A stretch of DNA of 64,000 bases from Thermoanaerobaculia bacterium (GCA_044226625.1 JBGAGQ010000025.1:14531-78530), one strand, 5' to 3'. Shown: positions 17,283-27,509, counted from the first letter of the stretch. A program made the numbers and translations. Notes: generated from the sequence alone by a model not told the origin.

Positions 17283-18955
17283 GCGACCCGAAGACGCGCG
17301 CGGGCGACCGCATTCAGAAGATCCTCGCCCGAGCCGGAGTGAGCTCGCGCCGCGAGGCGGAGGAGCTGATCACGGAAGGGCGGGTGACGGTGAACGGCCA
17401 GCCCGCCGAGCTGGGGCAGAAAGCCGATCCGGAGCACGACTCGATCAAGCTCGACGGCAAGCGGATCGTGCTCCCCAAGGAGCATCGTTATCTGCTGCTC
17501 AACAAGCCGCGCGGCGTGATGACGACGGTTTCCGATCCGGGCGGCCGCCCGACCGTGATCGACCTGGTGCCGCCGGGACTGCGCAAAGCGCTGGTTCCCG
17601 TGGGGCGGCTCGACTTCCTCACCGAAGGGCTCCTGCTGCTCACCGACGACGGCGACTTCGCCCATCGGGTCGCCCACCCGCGCTACGGCTGCCGCAAAAC
17701 CTACGAGGTGAAGGTCCTCGGCCGGCCGGCGGAGCGCGACCTCGACCGCCTGCGCGAGGGGATCGTGCTCGACGGCGAGCGGACCGCTCCCTGCCGGATC
17801 GAGCACCGATCGGTCTCCCGCCCCAAGGGGGTCGACAGCGACAACACCTGGTGGAACGTCGAGCTGTCCCAAGGCCGGACGCGGCAGATTCGCGAGATGT
17901 TCCAGCGCATCGGCCATCCCGTGGCGAAGCTGCGGCGGGTGGCGATCGGCTCGCTCTCCGATCCGAACTTGCCGCTCGGCGCGATCCGTGAGCTCACGCC
18001 GCGCGAGGTCGAGACGCTGCGCCAAGGGAGCCGGCCGAGCGATCCGCTGCCGAGGCTGGCCGGCGGGAAAACTCCCGGGGGGAAGACCCAAGCGCCGACG
18101 GGCACGTCGGAGCGCTTCCCCGAGATCCGCCGCTGGCGACCGAAAGGCGAAGAGAAAGCGGCCGACGCGCCGCGTCCGCCGCGGGCCGCTCGGCCGCCGC
18201 AAAGCTTCGAAGACGAGCCGCGGCGCCGTCCGGAGAGCCGAGAGGCTCGCCCGGAGCGGATCTCTCGGACCGTCCGGCTCCCGTCGGCCGAGGAGGTTCG
18301 GCCCGCCGCGCCGCGCCGGGCGGGCACCGCGAGCCGTCCCGCCGGGGAAGAGCGGGGCGGTCGCCCCGCGCCGCGTCCGCCGCGCAGCATGCCTCAGGCT
18401 TCGAGGGAAGCCGAGGGGCGAGGCGACTTCGATTTCGAAGCGGAGAGCACGTCGTACGCGCGTCGGGCTCGGGTGCCGCAGGGCGTTCGTTCGCCGAGGC
18501 GGGAAGAGGGCGGCGGCAGGCCGCCTCGCCCCGCGGTCGCGGCGCCCCGGGCTCCGCGGTCGCGAACCGCCCCGTACCCGCCTCCGGTTATCGAGAGGGA
18601 GGAGCGGGGTCGTTCGGCCGGCCGGCCGGCGAGCCGTTCGGCTGGACCTTCGGCGGGCCGTTCCTCCGACCGCCCCGTCAGCGGGCGCCCTGCCGCCCCG
18701 GGACGCGGGAAGGAGCGGGTGGGCGGAACGCCGACCGGAAGGCCCGGCTCGCCCCGTTCGGCGGGCGGCGGGGGCTCGGCCCGTCCGGGGGGGAAGGGGC
18801 CCGGTTCGAATCGGTCCGGTTCGGGCCGGCCGGCGCCGGATCGGTCGGGACCCCGCTCGGGGGCCCGCCCCGGAGGACCGGGAGGCCGGCCTGGGAGTCG
18901 ACCGGGACGCCCGGGATCCCCGGGAGGTAGATCCGGGGGGCGCAAGGGAAGGTGA
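17279..18955 (+). CDS. rluB: 23S rRNA pseudouridine synthase (RluB/RsuA family) with long Arg/Gly/Pro/Ser-rich tail
   Basis: S4 domain RIQKILARAGVSSRREAE; LLNKPRG; catalytic VGRLDFLTEGLLLLT; QGRTRQIREM. Follows scpB, as is usual. Confidence 0.88.
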   Translation: MSDPKTRAGDRIQKILARAGVSSRREAEELITEGRVTVNGQPAELGQKADPEHDSIKLDGKRIVLPKEHRYLLLNKPRGVMTTVSDPGGRPTVIDLVPPGLRKALVPVGRLDFLTEGLLLLTDDGDFAHRVAHPRYGCRKTYEVKVLGRPAERDLDRLREGIVLDGERTAPCRIEHRSVSRPKGVDSDNTWWNVELSQGRTRQIREMFQRIGHPVAKLRRVAIGSLSDPNLPLGAIRELTPREVETLRQGSRPSDPLPRLAGGKTPGGKTQAPTGTSERFPEIRRWRPKGEEKAADAPRPPRAARPPQSFEDEPRRRPESREARPERISRTVRLPSAEEVRPAAPRRAGTASRPAGEERGGRPAPRPPRSMPQASREAEGRGDFDFEAESTSYARRARVPQGVRSPRREEGGGRPPRPAVAAPRAPRSRTAPYPPPVIEREERGRSAGRPASRSAGPSAGRSSDRPVSGRPAAPGRGKERVGGTPTGRPGSPRSAGGGGSARPGGKGPGSNRSGSGRPAPDRSGPRSGARPGGPGGRPGSRPGRPGSPGGRSGGRKGR

Positions 18956-19650
18956 GCACCACGAACCCAGGGATCGACGGAGATCGAGCGGCGCCGCTCG
19001 TCGTCGCGATCGACGGCCCGTCGGGCGCGGGCAAGTCGACGCTCGCGCGCCGGCTCGCGGCGCGGCTCGGCGTGCCCTATCTGGATACCGGGGCGATGTA
19101 TCGGGCGTTGGCGCTCGCCGCGCTCGACCAGGGGCTCGATCCCGACGACGGGCCCGCCGTCGAAGCTCTCGCCGCGCGGGCGGATGTGCGCCTCGCTCCG
19201 GCCGACGACGGCGGGTACCACGTGCTGCTCGACGGCGTTCCCGTCGAATCGCGGATTCGCACGCCGGAGGTCGGCCGCGCCTCGTCAGCGGTGTCCGCCC
19301 ATCCGGGGGTCCGCGCTCGGATGGTGGCGCTCCAGCGCGAGACGGCCGAGCGGTTCGGCGGCGTGCTCGAGGGGCGCGACATCGGCACCCGTGTCTTGCC
19401 CGACGCCCGGCACAAATTCTTCCTCGACGCCGATCCGGCCGTGCGCGCGGAGCGCCGCCGTGCCCAGCTCGCCGAATCCGGACGCGAGGTGCCGCGCGAG
19501 GAGGTCGAGGCCGATCTCGCCGAGCGCGACCGGCGCGACCGGAGCCGCGCCGAGTCGCCGCTCGTCTGCGACGACCGCTACGTGCGCCTCGACGCCACGG
19601 GGTTGAGCGTCGAGCAGGTGCTCGAAGCGATGCTCGCGGCGCTCGGCTGA
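18952..19650 (+). CDS. cmk: Cytidylate kinase
   Basis: AIDGPSGAGKST, YLDTGAMYRA, EGRDIGT, ERDRRD. Confidence 0.96.
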   Translation: MSTTNPGIDGDRAAPLVVAIDGPSGAGKSTLARRLAARLGVPYLDTGAMYRALALAALDQGLDPDDGPAVEALAARADVRLAPADDGGYHVLLDGVPVESRIRTPEVGRASSAVSAHPGVRARMVALQRETAERFGGVLEGRDIGTRVLPDARHKFFLDADPAVRAERRRAQLAESGREVPREEVEADLAERDRRDRSRAESPLVCDDRYVRLDATGLSVEQVLEAMLAALG

Positions 19651-19654
19651 GTTC

Positions 19655-21739
19655 TTATCGGTCCGACAGCCGGTTTTGGAACAGGCCGCCGTCGACGGGG
19701 CTCGCGATCAGGCGGCCGTCCGGCGCGACCTGGACCGCGCCGACCCACTGCCGGTACGGACCGAACGGGTTGAAGCCTCCCGCGGTGGGTTGGAAGCTAA
19801 GGCCTCCGTCGACGCTCTTCGTGACGCCTCGGGCGGACGCGAGATAGAGGACTCCCGGCGCGCTCGGATCGGCCGCAATGTCGCGCGCACTCTCCGCGAG
19901 ATCGAAGGATCGGATCGGATTCGACGTGTCGCCAAAGTCGTCGCTGCGCCTCAGCTCGGTTCTGGAGGCGGTCGGAACCAGGAGGTAGAAGCTCGCCGGA
20001 GCTCCGGGAATGAATTCCACGTCGGCGATTCCTTGGCGGAGCAGCGTCCAGCTTTTGCCAGCGTCGGCGCTCTTGTAGAGGACCGGTTTGCCGGTTTCGC
20101 GGGGAAGCCCGGTGGTGTATTCGAGTGTCCGGGCGATCACGCGGCTCGGATCGAAGGGGTTCGCGGTGAGCTCGGTGATCTCTCTCCGCCCGCCGGCTGG
20201 GTGCTCCGGGCTCGGCGGGATCGTCCCGTCGAGCGAGGTCGTCCAAGTGACTCCCTGGTCTTCACTCCATTGGATCCCGAAGAAACCGCCCACGAGGAGG
20301 GCGCCGCCGGCCGTGAATTCGACCGTCGCGCTCGTTCCCGGACCTCCGCCGATCGAATGGCCGAGGCCAGGATCCCCCGGATCGTGCAGGATGGAGCCCA
20401 AGCCCGTCGCGATCAGCCAGCGACGCGGCTCGTTCGGGTCGAAGGCGAGATCGAGGAAATCGAGGAAACGCCGAGGCTGGATCTGCGCGCCGAGCCGGGT
20501 GAACGTGGTCCCGCCGTCGGTCGAAAGCAGCGTCCGAGCAAGGCAGAACGAGTCGAGGCACCTGGTGAATGTCCGGACCATCTGGTATCTCGAGTCGAGC
20601 GGATGAATGCGGACCTCGAGAACCCCGAACGCCTCGATGCCTGCGGCTTCGACCGGGGCGAAGGAATGTTGCGGCGCCGGCCTATAGAGCTCCGAGCCGG
20701 CGAGGAAGTAGGGACCGCCGGGAGCCGCCGCGACGTGGGTCACCGCGACGATCTGGAGTGGCGTGAAGGCGAAACCTGCGATCGGGACGAAGCTACCGAC
20801 CTGGCCCCCTTTCTGGCTCTGGTAGAGCCCCAACCCGGAAACCGCCGCGTAGATCTTCTTCGGGTTCGCCGGTTCCGAGGCGAGCGCGGAGGGGCCTTCA
20901 CCGGAAAAGCCCGAGCGGCGCCACGATCGTCCGCCGTCGAGGGAGCGGAAAAGGCCGCCCGCCCGCAATGAGGCGAGGACGATCGAGGGGCGCCCATAGG
21001 TGGCGTGGAGCGCGAGGACCGCGTCCTCGGCGTCAACCGGCAAGGCCGCGGTCGGTCCGAAGGTCTTCCCGCCGTCGACGCTCTTGTCGATTCCAGAACC
21101 GGAAGCCGCCACCGCGTAGACCGTGCCGGGCTCGCCGGGCGGCGCCGCGACCGGGCCGAGCCGTCCCGGAACCACCATCCACGTGACGCCCAGGTCGGTC
21201 GAGCGCAGCAGGCGTTTCGGCGCATGGCCTCCGGTTTCCGCGAACAGGACGACCGAATTGCGTGTCGGCGCGATCGTGAGGCGGATCACTCGGAAATCGG
21301 CGTCGCCGACGGAAAGCCGTCTCCAGGTCGCCCCCGCGTCGGTCGAGCGGTACACCGCTTGGGTTTCGCTCGAGGGTGTGATCGTCGCGACCGCCCAGAG
21401 CGCCTTGGGGTTCAGCGGATGGATCGCGAGCGCGATCGGGACGGCGCCCGGCTTGCCGAGTCCGTGGCCGCGCCAACGCCAGGGCACGTTGGCGGTGGGG
21501 CGCTGCCAGATCTCTCCCGCGGCGTAAGAGGTGGTGACGTAGACCTCGCCGCCGGGGCTTGCGACCAGCGAATCGAGGGAGCCCCCGCTGGGGCCGAACG
21601 GGGTCCAGCGGTCTTCCCCGGCGAAAGCGACTTGGCCCAGGAAGCCGCCGAGGAACGCCGCGGCGAGACCGAGGAATCGGCGGCTGCGCCACTTTCGGGA
21701 ACGGCTCGGGGCGAGGGACAAGGACAGGGGATGCGGCAT
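19655..21739 (-). CDS. Secreted BNR/Asp-box repeat (WD40/YVTN/sialidase-like beta-propeller) protein
   Basis: Signal-like N-terminus ending AFA-G; WTPFGPSGG; many S-x-D-x-G-x-T/S-W/F Asp boxes (RSTDAGATW, RSTDLGVTW, KSVDGGKTF, RSLDGGRSW, KSADAGKSW). The start may be 21772. Confidence 0.85.
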   Translation of the reverse strand: MPHPLSLSLAPSRSRKWRSRRFLGLAAAFLGGFLGQVAFAGEDRWTPFGPSGGSLDSLVASPGGEVYVTTSYAAGEIWQRPTANVPWRWRGHGLGKPGAVPIALAIHPLNPKALWAVATITPSSETQAVYRSTDAGATWRRLSVGDADFRVIRLTIAPTRNSVVLFAETGGHAPKRLLRSTDLGVTWMVVPGRLGPVAAPPGEPGTVYAVAASGSGIDKSVDGGKTFGPTAALPVDAEDAVLALHATYGRPSIVLASLRAGGLFRSLDGGRSWRRSGFSGEGPSALASEPANPKKIYAAVSGLGLYQSQKGGQVGSFVPIAGFAFTPLQIVAVTHVAAAPGGPYFLAGSELYRPAPQHSFAPVEAAGIEAFGVLEVRIHPLDSRYQMVRTFTRCLDSFCLARTLLSTDGGTTFTRLGAQIQPRRFLDFLDLAFDPNEPRRWLIATGLGSILHDPGDPGLGHSIGGGPGTSATVEFTAGGALLVGGFFGIQWSEDQGVTWTTSLDGTIPPSPEHPAGGRREITELTANPFDPSRVIARTLEYTTGLPRETGKPVLYKSADAGKSWTLLRQGIADVEFIPGAPASFYLLVPTASRTELRRSDDFGDTSNPIRSFDLAESARDIAADPSAPGVLYLASARGVTKSVDGGLSFQPTAGGFNPFGPYRQWVGAVQVAPDGRLIASPVDGGLFQNRLSDR

Positions 21740-22258
21740 CGTCGAAGCTCCAGGAAAGTCTCTCGGTTTCATTCCTTGGTACGTTCGCGAGTCGCGGAGT
21801 GTCGGGCCGATCCACGGATGCCGCCTGGGAACGCCACGGCGGGTCCGAGAAATCGGTTGCGACGCGAGGGTTGGAAACGGCTGGGGGGTGGAGAGAAGGC
21901 AGGTCTAGGGCATCGGCAAAGCTCCGGGAAACCGCTCGGTTGCTTTCCCTGGTACGTTCGAGCTTCGCTGAATGTTGGGACCTTATACGGCGCTCGCCAT
22001 GTCCCGGATTTCTTTCCTGACCGCACTGTTGTCGTGGACCCAGGTCCGGCCTACCGAACCACATCTCCGCCATCCTCCTGACAGCCGGCTCGCGCTCCGA
22101 GCGGAGGGTGACCGCGGGGGTCTTCGTTTGGCGTCGCCGAGATTCCGGGTTACCGGAGCGACGGCCGAGGCCGGGCAGAGCCGACCTTGCCGCAGACATC
22201 GTAGAGCGTCCCCTGTGGGGAGCAACAATTCGGCCTTTTAGGGCCAAGGAGAAGCGAA

Positions 22259-24214
22259 ATGGTGAAACGAACGGCCCTAGGGCTCGTCGCGATTCTCGCA
22301 CTGACCCTCGGTGCGGGCGTCGCGCACGCGGGCGGCTTTCAGCTGGTGACCGACATCACCGGCCGGGTGCCGTCGTCGATCGCGGGTCAGGTGTACGGCA
22401 ACTTCGTGCCGCTGCGCATGGATCCGCGTTGCATCCCGATGGTCTTCCGGGTGAACAACACGCAGGATCCCGTTCCGAACCCGCTGGGTGCGGCGTTCTT
22501 GACCGTCGCCGCGGCGAAGACCGAGATCCAGACGGCGATGGACCAGTGGAACCAGATCCCGACCTCCTATATCCAGTTCCAGTTGGGCGCGGACTACGCC
22601 AACGCCGGCGTTCGCAAGTTCGACACGATCAACGAGATCACGTTCCGGACCGGCGCGGGCTTTACCGGCATCTCCTCGAGCATCCCGACCCGCCTGGTCG
22701 AGCTCTCGACCTTCGCCAACGGCAACGACCTCGACGGTGACGGCGACTCCGACGTTTCGGACACGATCTCGACCTGCACCGACGTCGACAGTGACGGCGA
22801 CGTCGAGTGGCCGGCGGGCGACTATCCGGGCGGCACGATCCTCGACATGGACATCGTCATCAACACGAAGGCCTCGAACGGCTGGCGCTTCACGACCACC
22901 TCGGACGTCGGCCAGCTGACCGCGAACATCGATCCGCGGTCGACCGACTTCAACAAGGAGATGGTCTTCCGTTTCGGCTTCGCGATGGGGCTCACGGTCT
23001 CGACGATTCCGAACCAGAACGACCTGACGAACCCGAACGACGCCTCGATGTACAACTTCTTCGATTTCGACGACCCGCTCTACTTCTTGAACCTGCGGAC
23101 GCTCGAGCAGGACGACATCATCGCCGCCTCGACCCTCTATCCCGAGGGGACCGCGGCCTCCGGTCCGGCCGCGCTCCAGGCGGGCGACGTGGCGTTCAGC
23201 AGCGTGTACGGCAAGATCGAGGGCAACGTCACCCACGGCAACCTCAACCTGCCGGTGCTCGGCGGCGACGTAACGGCGATCGACCACACGACCCGCAACC
23301 TGGTCGACGCGGTGTACGTGGGCAACGCCCGCGTCGCGGTCAACACGACGACGCTCGCCTCGACGACGCTGCCGGCGGCCGAAGGGGTCGTCGACGGCAA
23401 GTACAGCCTCGTAGTGCCGTTCGGCACCTACGACGTGAACCTCGAAGCGGTGGACTTCTTCCCGCAGGGCGTCGCCTCGGTCGGCTCGGTCGCGAGCTTG
23501 GGCGGCACCTACGGCTTGAACGCGTTCCCCGAGGAGTTTTGGAACGGAGCGGCCGAATCGGCGAAGGAGGTCAGTCCGGGAGACAGCACCCCGGTGACCG
23601 TCACCGCCGCGGCGCCGCTGGTTTCCAACGTCAACTTCATCACCAACCGCATCACCGCGGTCACCAACGCCGGTCCGCCGAACATGACCGACTTCAACGA
23701 CACGCCGGGCTCCTGCTACGCGGTCGACTTCCCGATCAGCCAGCTCGCCGCGGCCGACGCCAGCCGTGAGCTGCCGCTGACCACGGGCATCATCGAAGGC
23801 GTTTCGGGCGACCAGTCGCAGGCCTGCGTCATGCAGCAGCTCTGGCTTGCGTTCGGCACGGTCAAGGGGACCAACGCGAACATCAACCTGGCCCAGCCGC
23901 TCGACACGACGACGAACTTCGGTATCCAGCAGTTCGAGCGTATGCCCTGGTTCTTCACCCGCAAGAACCTGTCGAAGAAGATCTTCGACGCCTATCGCCT
24001 CGGCACCCAGACCCACGTGTTCCTGGTCGCGAAGACCCCGAACACGCCGTCGACCCCGAACTTCAGCAACAAGTCGAACCGCCCGGCGGTCGACATGCGG
24101 AGCGACGGTTTCGTGCCGTCCGGTCTCTCCTACATCTCGACCGACTGCGTGACCTTCACGGAGAGCCCGAACTACTTCTGGGAGTTCGACCTCCACTTCA
24201 GCGAAAAGCCGTAA
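22259..24214 (+). CDS. Secreted matrixin/metzincin-like protein lacking the zinc-binding motif, with carboxypeptidase-regulatory-like domain
   Basis: RBS AAGGAG; signal peptide; AMDQWNQIP, GTILDMDIVIN, ASM Met-turn and RTLEQDDIIAASTLYP are matrixin-like, but the HExxHxxGxxH position reads FRFGFAMGLTV. DxDGDGD Ca-binding-like loops. Confidence 0.7.
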   Translation: MVKRTALGLVAILALTLGAGVAHAGGFQLVTDITGRVPSSIAGQVYGNFVPLRMDPRCIPMVFRVNNTQDPVPNPLGAAFLTVAAAKTEIQTAMDQWNQIPTSYIQFQLGADYANAGVRKFDTINEITFRTGAGFTGISSSIPTRLVELSTFANGNDLDGDGDSDVSDTISTCTDVDSDGDVEWPAGDYPGGTILDMDIVINTKASNGWRFTTTSDVGQLTANIDPRSTDFNKEMVFRFGFAMGLTVSTIPNQNDLTNPNDASMYNFFDFDDPLYFLNLRTLEQDDIIAASTLYPEGTAASGPAALQAGDVAFSSVYGKIEGNVTHGNLNLPVLGGDVTAIDHTTRNLVDAVYVGNARVAVNTTTLASTTLPAAEGVVDGKYSLVVPFGTYDVNLEAVDFFPQGVASVGSVASLGGTYGLNAFPEEFWNGAAESAKEVSPGDSTPVTVTAAAPLVSNVNFITNRITAVTNAGPPNMTDFNDTPGSCYAVDFPISQLAAADASRELPLTTGIIEGVSGDQSQACVMQQLWLAFGTVKGTNANINLAQPLDTTTNFGIQQFERMPWFFTRKNLSKKIFDAYRLGTQTHVFLVAKTPNTPSTPNFSNKSNRPAVDMRSDGFVPSGLSYISTDCVTFTESPNYFWEFDLHFSEKP

Positions 24215-24239
24215 CTCCTAGGCCGTTCGCTACGAAACG

Positions 24240-24267
24240 AAAGGCGGGCCGCCAGGCCCGCCTTTTT
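24240..24267. terminator. Rho-independent, probably bidirectional terminator
   Basis: AAAGGCGGGCC-GCCA-GGCCCGCCTTTTT between convergent genes. Confidence 0.85.
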
Positions 24268-24297
24268 GTTACCCCCTTCGAGCGCTCTCCGTCCCTT

Positions 24298-26190
24298 CTA
24301 CCAGGCGATGCCGTAGTCCTCGCCATGATTCGAGGAGCCGCCCCACATCGTGCCGTGGGCGGCGTCGATCTGGATCGCGTTGATCGGCCCGGACGTGCGC
24401 TCTTCGAAATCGAGCCGATAGCCCATCTTCCGCAGCTCGTCGCGTACCCAGGGCGAGGTCGCCTCGGCGAGCGTGAGGCGCGCGGGCTCGATCTTGTGAT
24501 CGCCGAACGAGCTGCGCATCTGGTAGGTGTTCCAGTTCGCCGCCTCGGTCGCCTCCTGGACGGTCATCCCGAACTCGACCACGTTCAAGAAAAACTGCAG
24601 CAGGTTCTGGTCCTGGCTGTCGCCCCCCTGCACGGCGAACGCGAGGAACGGCTTGCCCCCCTTCATCGCGAGCGTCGGGGTGAGGGTCACCCGCGGCCGC
24701 TTGCCCGGCTCGACGACGTTGAACGGGCCGTCCTCCGGCGCGGTGACGAAGCTCTGCATCCGCTGCGAAAGACCGATGCCGGTCTTGCCCGCGATGACCG
24801 CCGGCACCCAGGCGCCCGAGGGAGTCATCGAGACGACCCACCCCTCGGCGTCGGACGCGAGCACCGAGGTCGTCCCGGCATGAAACGCTTCGTCGGCCGT
24901 GAGCGACGAGACCTGCCAGCCCGGCCGGTTCGCGCCGGTCGCGGCGCCGGAATTCCACGCCTTCAAGAGATCGGGGAATGGGTTCTTCCCGTTCTTTCCC
25001 CCGTTGAACGGATACGGATCGCCGGGGCCGAGATCGGAACGGTTCTTCGCCGGATCGAACTGCGACCAGCGCGCTTTGGCGTATTCCTTCGAGAGCAGCC
25101 CCGCGAGCGGCTCGTCCGGCGCGAACGCCGGATCGCCGTAGTAGAAATCGCGATCGGCAAACGCCATGTGCATCGCCTGAGAGACCGTGTGGACGTAGCG
25201 GGCGCTGTCGTAGCCCATCCCTTTGAGGTCCTCCCCTTCGAGCAGGTTGAGCGCCTGGAGCAACGCCGGACCCTGCGTCCAGGTGTCGAGCTTCAGGACC
25301 TCGATCCCTTTGTAGTCGACCGAGACCGGCTTCTCGAGCTTGACCCGCCAGTTCGCGAGATCGGCCTCGGTGAAGAGAGCCCCTTGCTCGCGCGCCGCCG
25401 CGACCAGCTCACGCGCGAGGTCTCCCTTATAGAAGAGGTCGTAGGCGGCAAGGATCGCCTCGCGGCGGTTCTTCCCCGCGGCCTTTGCCTTGGCCTCGGC
25501 CTCGACCAGCCGGCGGAGCGTCCGCGCGAGATCCGGCTGGCGGAACATCTCGCCCGCGTCCGGCGCCTGGCGCGCGCGGTCGGCGTGGAGAAGGAAGACC
25601 GCCTTCGAATACGGCCAGGCCGAGAGGCGTTCCTGTTGCCGAGCGATCGTGTCGGCGAGCTGCGCCTCGATCGGGAAGCCGTCCGCCATCTGGATCGCCG
25701 GGGCGAGCACGTCGGCGAGCGATAGCCGCCCCCACTCGGCGAGCATGGTCATCAGGCCGCCGGGGGTTCCCGGGGTGACCGCCGCGAGCGGACCGTATTC
25801 CGGGGGATAGCGAAGCTTCTGTCCGCGGAAGAACTCCGGCGTCGCCCCGGTCGGCGCGACGCCGAGCGCGTTCAGCGCGACGACCTGGCCGGTCTTCGGG
25901 TTGTAGATCAAAGCCTGCGTCTCGCCCCCCCAACTGAGCGTGTCCCACATCGTGCACGCCGCGGCGAGCATGGCGGCCGCGGCGTCGACGGCGTTGCCCC
26001 CTTTTTGGAACATCATCGAGCCGGCGGTGGCCGCCAGGGGCTTGCCCGTGATCGCGAGCCAGTGAGCGGCGTGGAGCGGCGGCTTCTGCGTCCGAGCGGA
26101 CGCCGGGGAGCCGGGGGAGAGGACGAGCGCGACGGCGAGGAGGGAGACGGCGGCGAGCGTGGACGAAACCGGACGGGTCCTACCGGTCAT
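24298..26190 (-). CDS. ggt: Gamma-glutamyltransferase family protein
   Basis: Signal peptide; KGGNAVDAA, LSWGGETQALIY, VTPGTPGG, AFADRDFYYGDP, nucleophile GTTSV, PGKRPRVTLTP, VQGGDSQDQ. Confidence 0.92.
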   Translation of the reverse strand: MTGRTRPVSSTLAAVSLLAVALVLSPGSPASARTQKPPLHAAHWLAITGKPLAATAGSMMFQKGGNAVDAAAAMLAAACTMWDTLSWGGETQALIYNPKTGQVVALNALGVAPTGATPEFFRGQKLRYPPEYGPLAAVTPGTPGGLMTMLAEWGRLSLADVLAPAIQMADGFPIEAQLADTIARQQERLSAWPYSKAVFLLHADRARQAPDAGEMFRQPDLARTLRRLVEAEAKAKAAGKNRREAILAAYDLFYKGDLARELVAAAREQGALFTEADLANWRVKLEKPVSVDYKGIEVLKLDTWTQGPALLQALNLLEGEDLKGMGYDSARYVHTVSQAMHMAFADRDFYYGDPAFAPDEPLAGLLSKEYAKARWSQFDPAKNRSDLGPGDPYPFNGGKNGKNPFPDLLKAWNSGAATGANRPGWQVSSLTADEAFHAGTTSVLASDAEGWVVSMTPSGAWVPAVIAGKTGIGLSQRMQSFVTAPEDGPFNVVEPGKRPRVTLTPTLAMKGGKPFLAFAVQGGDSQDQNLLQFFLNVVEFGMTVQEATEAANWNTYQMRSSFGDHKIEPARLTLAEATSPWVRDELRKMGYRLDFEERTSGPINAIQIDAAHGTMWGGSSNHGEDYGIAW

Positions 26191-26264
26191 GCTGGATCCT
26201 CCGTGGATGAGCGCCTGGATGAGGGATTTGCTGGCCCGGAGAGAATAGCGCCAGCGAGCGCCGT

Positions 26265-27509
26265 TCAAGAGCGGGACACGTCGATCTTCGCGGTGCCGGC
26301 CGCGCCGAGCCCGGCAGCCCGGCCCGTCGCCCAAGCCCAGGCGAAGTTGTGGCCGCCGATCGGCCCGAAGGCGTCGAGGATCTCGCCGCATAGAAAAAGG
26401 CCGGGGAGCTTCCGGCACTCCATCGTCCGGGGGTCCACCTCCGACAGATGGACCCCCCCTCCGGTCACCTCCGCCTTGGGGTAGCCCAGGTCGCCGGTCG
26501 CCGGCAGGGGATAGCGGGCGAGCGCGGCGATCAGGCGCTTGCGCGCTTCGCGGGTCAATTGGGCAAGCGGAAGACTGGAGTCGATCGCCGATTCCGCGAG
26601 CAGGCGTTCGGCCAAACGGTCCGGCAGGTGGCGCCGGAGAACCGATCCCGTAGTCCCCGAACCGCCGCGGAGCGCCTCGTCCCAGGCCCGCTCGTCGAGC
26701 GCGCACCAACGGACGCGAAGCCTCGGTTCGGCCGCGCCGACCGGTACCCTCGGCCGCGACACTACATCCGAGAGGTCGAGCACCGCCGGCCCGCTCCATC
26801 CCCGGTGGGTGAAGAGAAACCCGCCCTCCGCCGACCGGCCGGTGCCGGGCGCTTCGAGGCGCGCGACGAGCGAGATGCCGGCGAGGTCCGCGTGCCCTGC
26901 CCCAGTGAGCGGGGTGAGAGCCGGGTACGGCGGGACGACCGAGAGACCGAGCCGCCGCGCGACCGCGAGACCGGAGCCGTCGCTTCCGGTTCCGGGAAGA
27001 GACAGGCCGCCGGTCGCGAGGACGACGCGCGCCGCCCGAAGCGGCGGACCTTTCTCGAAGTGAACTGTCCAGGTTCCGTCGGCGGAGCGCACGAGATCGG
27101 CCATTCGACGGCCGGCGCGGATCTCGACGCCGCCCTGGCGGGCGAGGGCGACGAGCCCGTCGCGCACGTCGCGGGCGCGGTTCGAAGCGGGAAACCACTT
27201 GCCGCTCTCCTCCTCGAACGCGAGCGGCACCCCGACCTCCCGTTCGAAGAACTCCTTCTGCTCGACGAGCGGCCACGAGGTGAGGATCTTGCGCAGCGTG
27301 TTGGGGGAGGAATCGGTCACGAACCGCTCGGGGGCGAGCCGCTCCGGCAGCACGTTGCACCGGCCGCCGCCCGAGACGAGGATCTTCCGACCGCCGTCCG
27401 GTGTCGCCTCGAGCAACACCACGGGCGACTTTCCAGCTCGAGCTGCGAACACCGACGCCACGAGCCCCGCGGCGCCGGCCCCGACGACGACGATCGGCAG
27501 ATCGGCCAT
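26265..27509 (-). CDS. BaiN/HI0933-family NAD(P)/FAD-dependent oxidoreductase
   Basis: GAGAAG, GRKILVSGGGRCNV, ATGGLSLPGTGSDGSG, FLFTHRGWSGP, AEVTGGGV, GEILDAFGPIGGHN. Confidence 0.95.
   Translation of the reverse strand: MADLPIVVVGAGAAGLVASVFAARAGKSPVVLLEATPDGGRKILVSGGGRCNVLPERLAPERFVTDSSPNTLRKILTSWPLVEQKEFFEREVGVPLAFEEESGKWFPASNRARDVRDGLVALARQGGVEIRAGRRMADLVRSADGTWTVHFEKGPPLRAARVVLATGGLSLPGTGSDGSGLAVARRLGLSVVPPYPALTPLTGAGHADLAGISLVARLEAPGTGRSAEGGFLFTHRGWSGPAVLDLSDVVSRPRVPVGAAEPRLRVRWCALDERAWDEALRGGSGTTGSVLRRHLPDRLAERLLAESAIDSSLPLAQLTREARKRLIAALARYPLPATGDLGYPKAEVTGGGVHLSEVDPRTMECRKLPGLFLCGEILDAFGPIGGHNFAWAWATGRAAGLGAAGTAKIDVSRS

Noticed and set aside
21960-22250. CGCTGAAT..CCGAACC..GACAGC resembling a c-di-AMP (ydaO) riboswitch
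   Set aside because: The conserved GGGGGA / GGGGYGAAU / UAGGG elements are not in the right order or spacing. An Infernal search would be needed to support it.
24298-27360. 1020-aa ORF suggesting a fused GGT
   Set aside because: The first ~390 aa overlap the BaiN gene in another frame. The real ggt starts at 26190 with a signal peptide.
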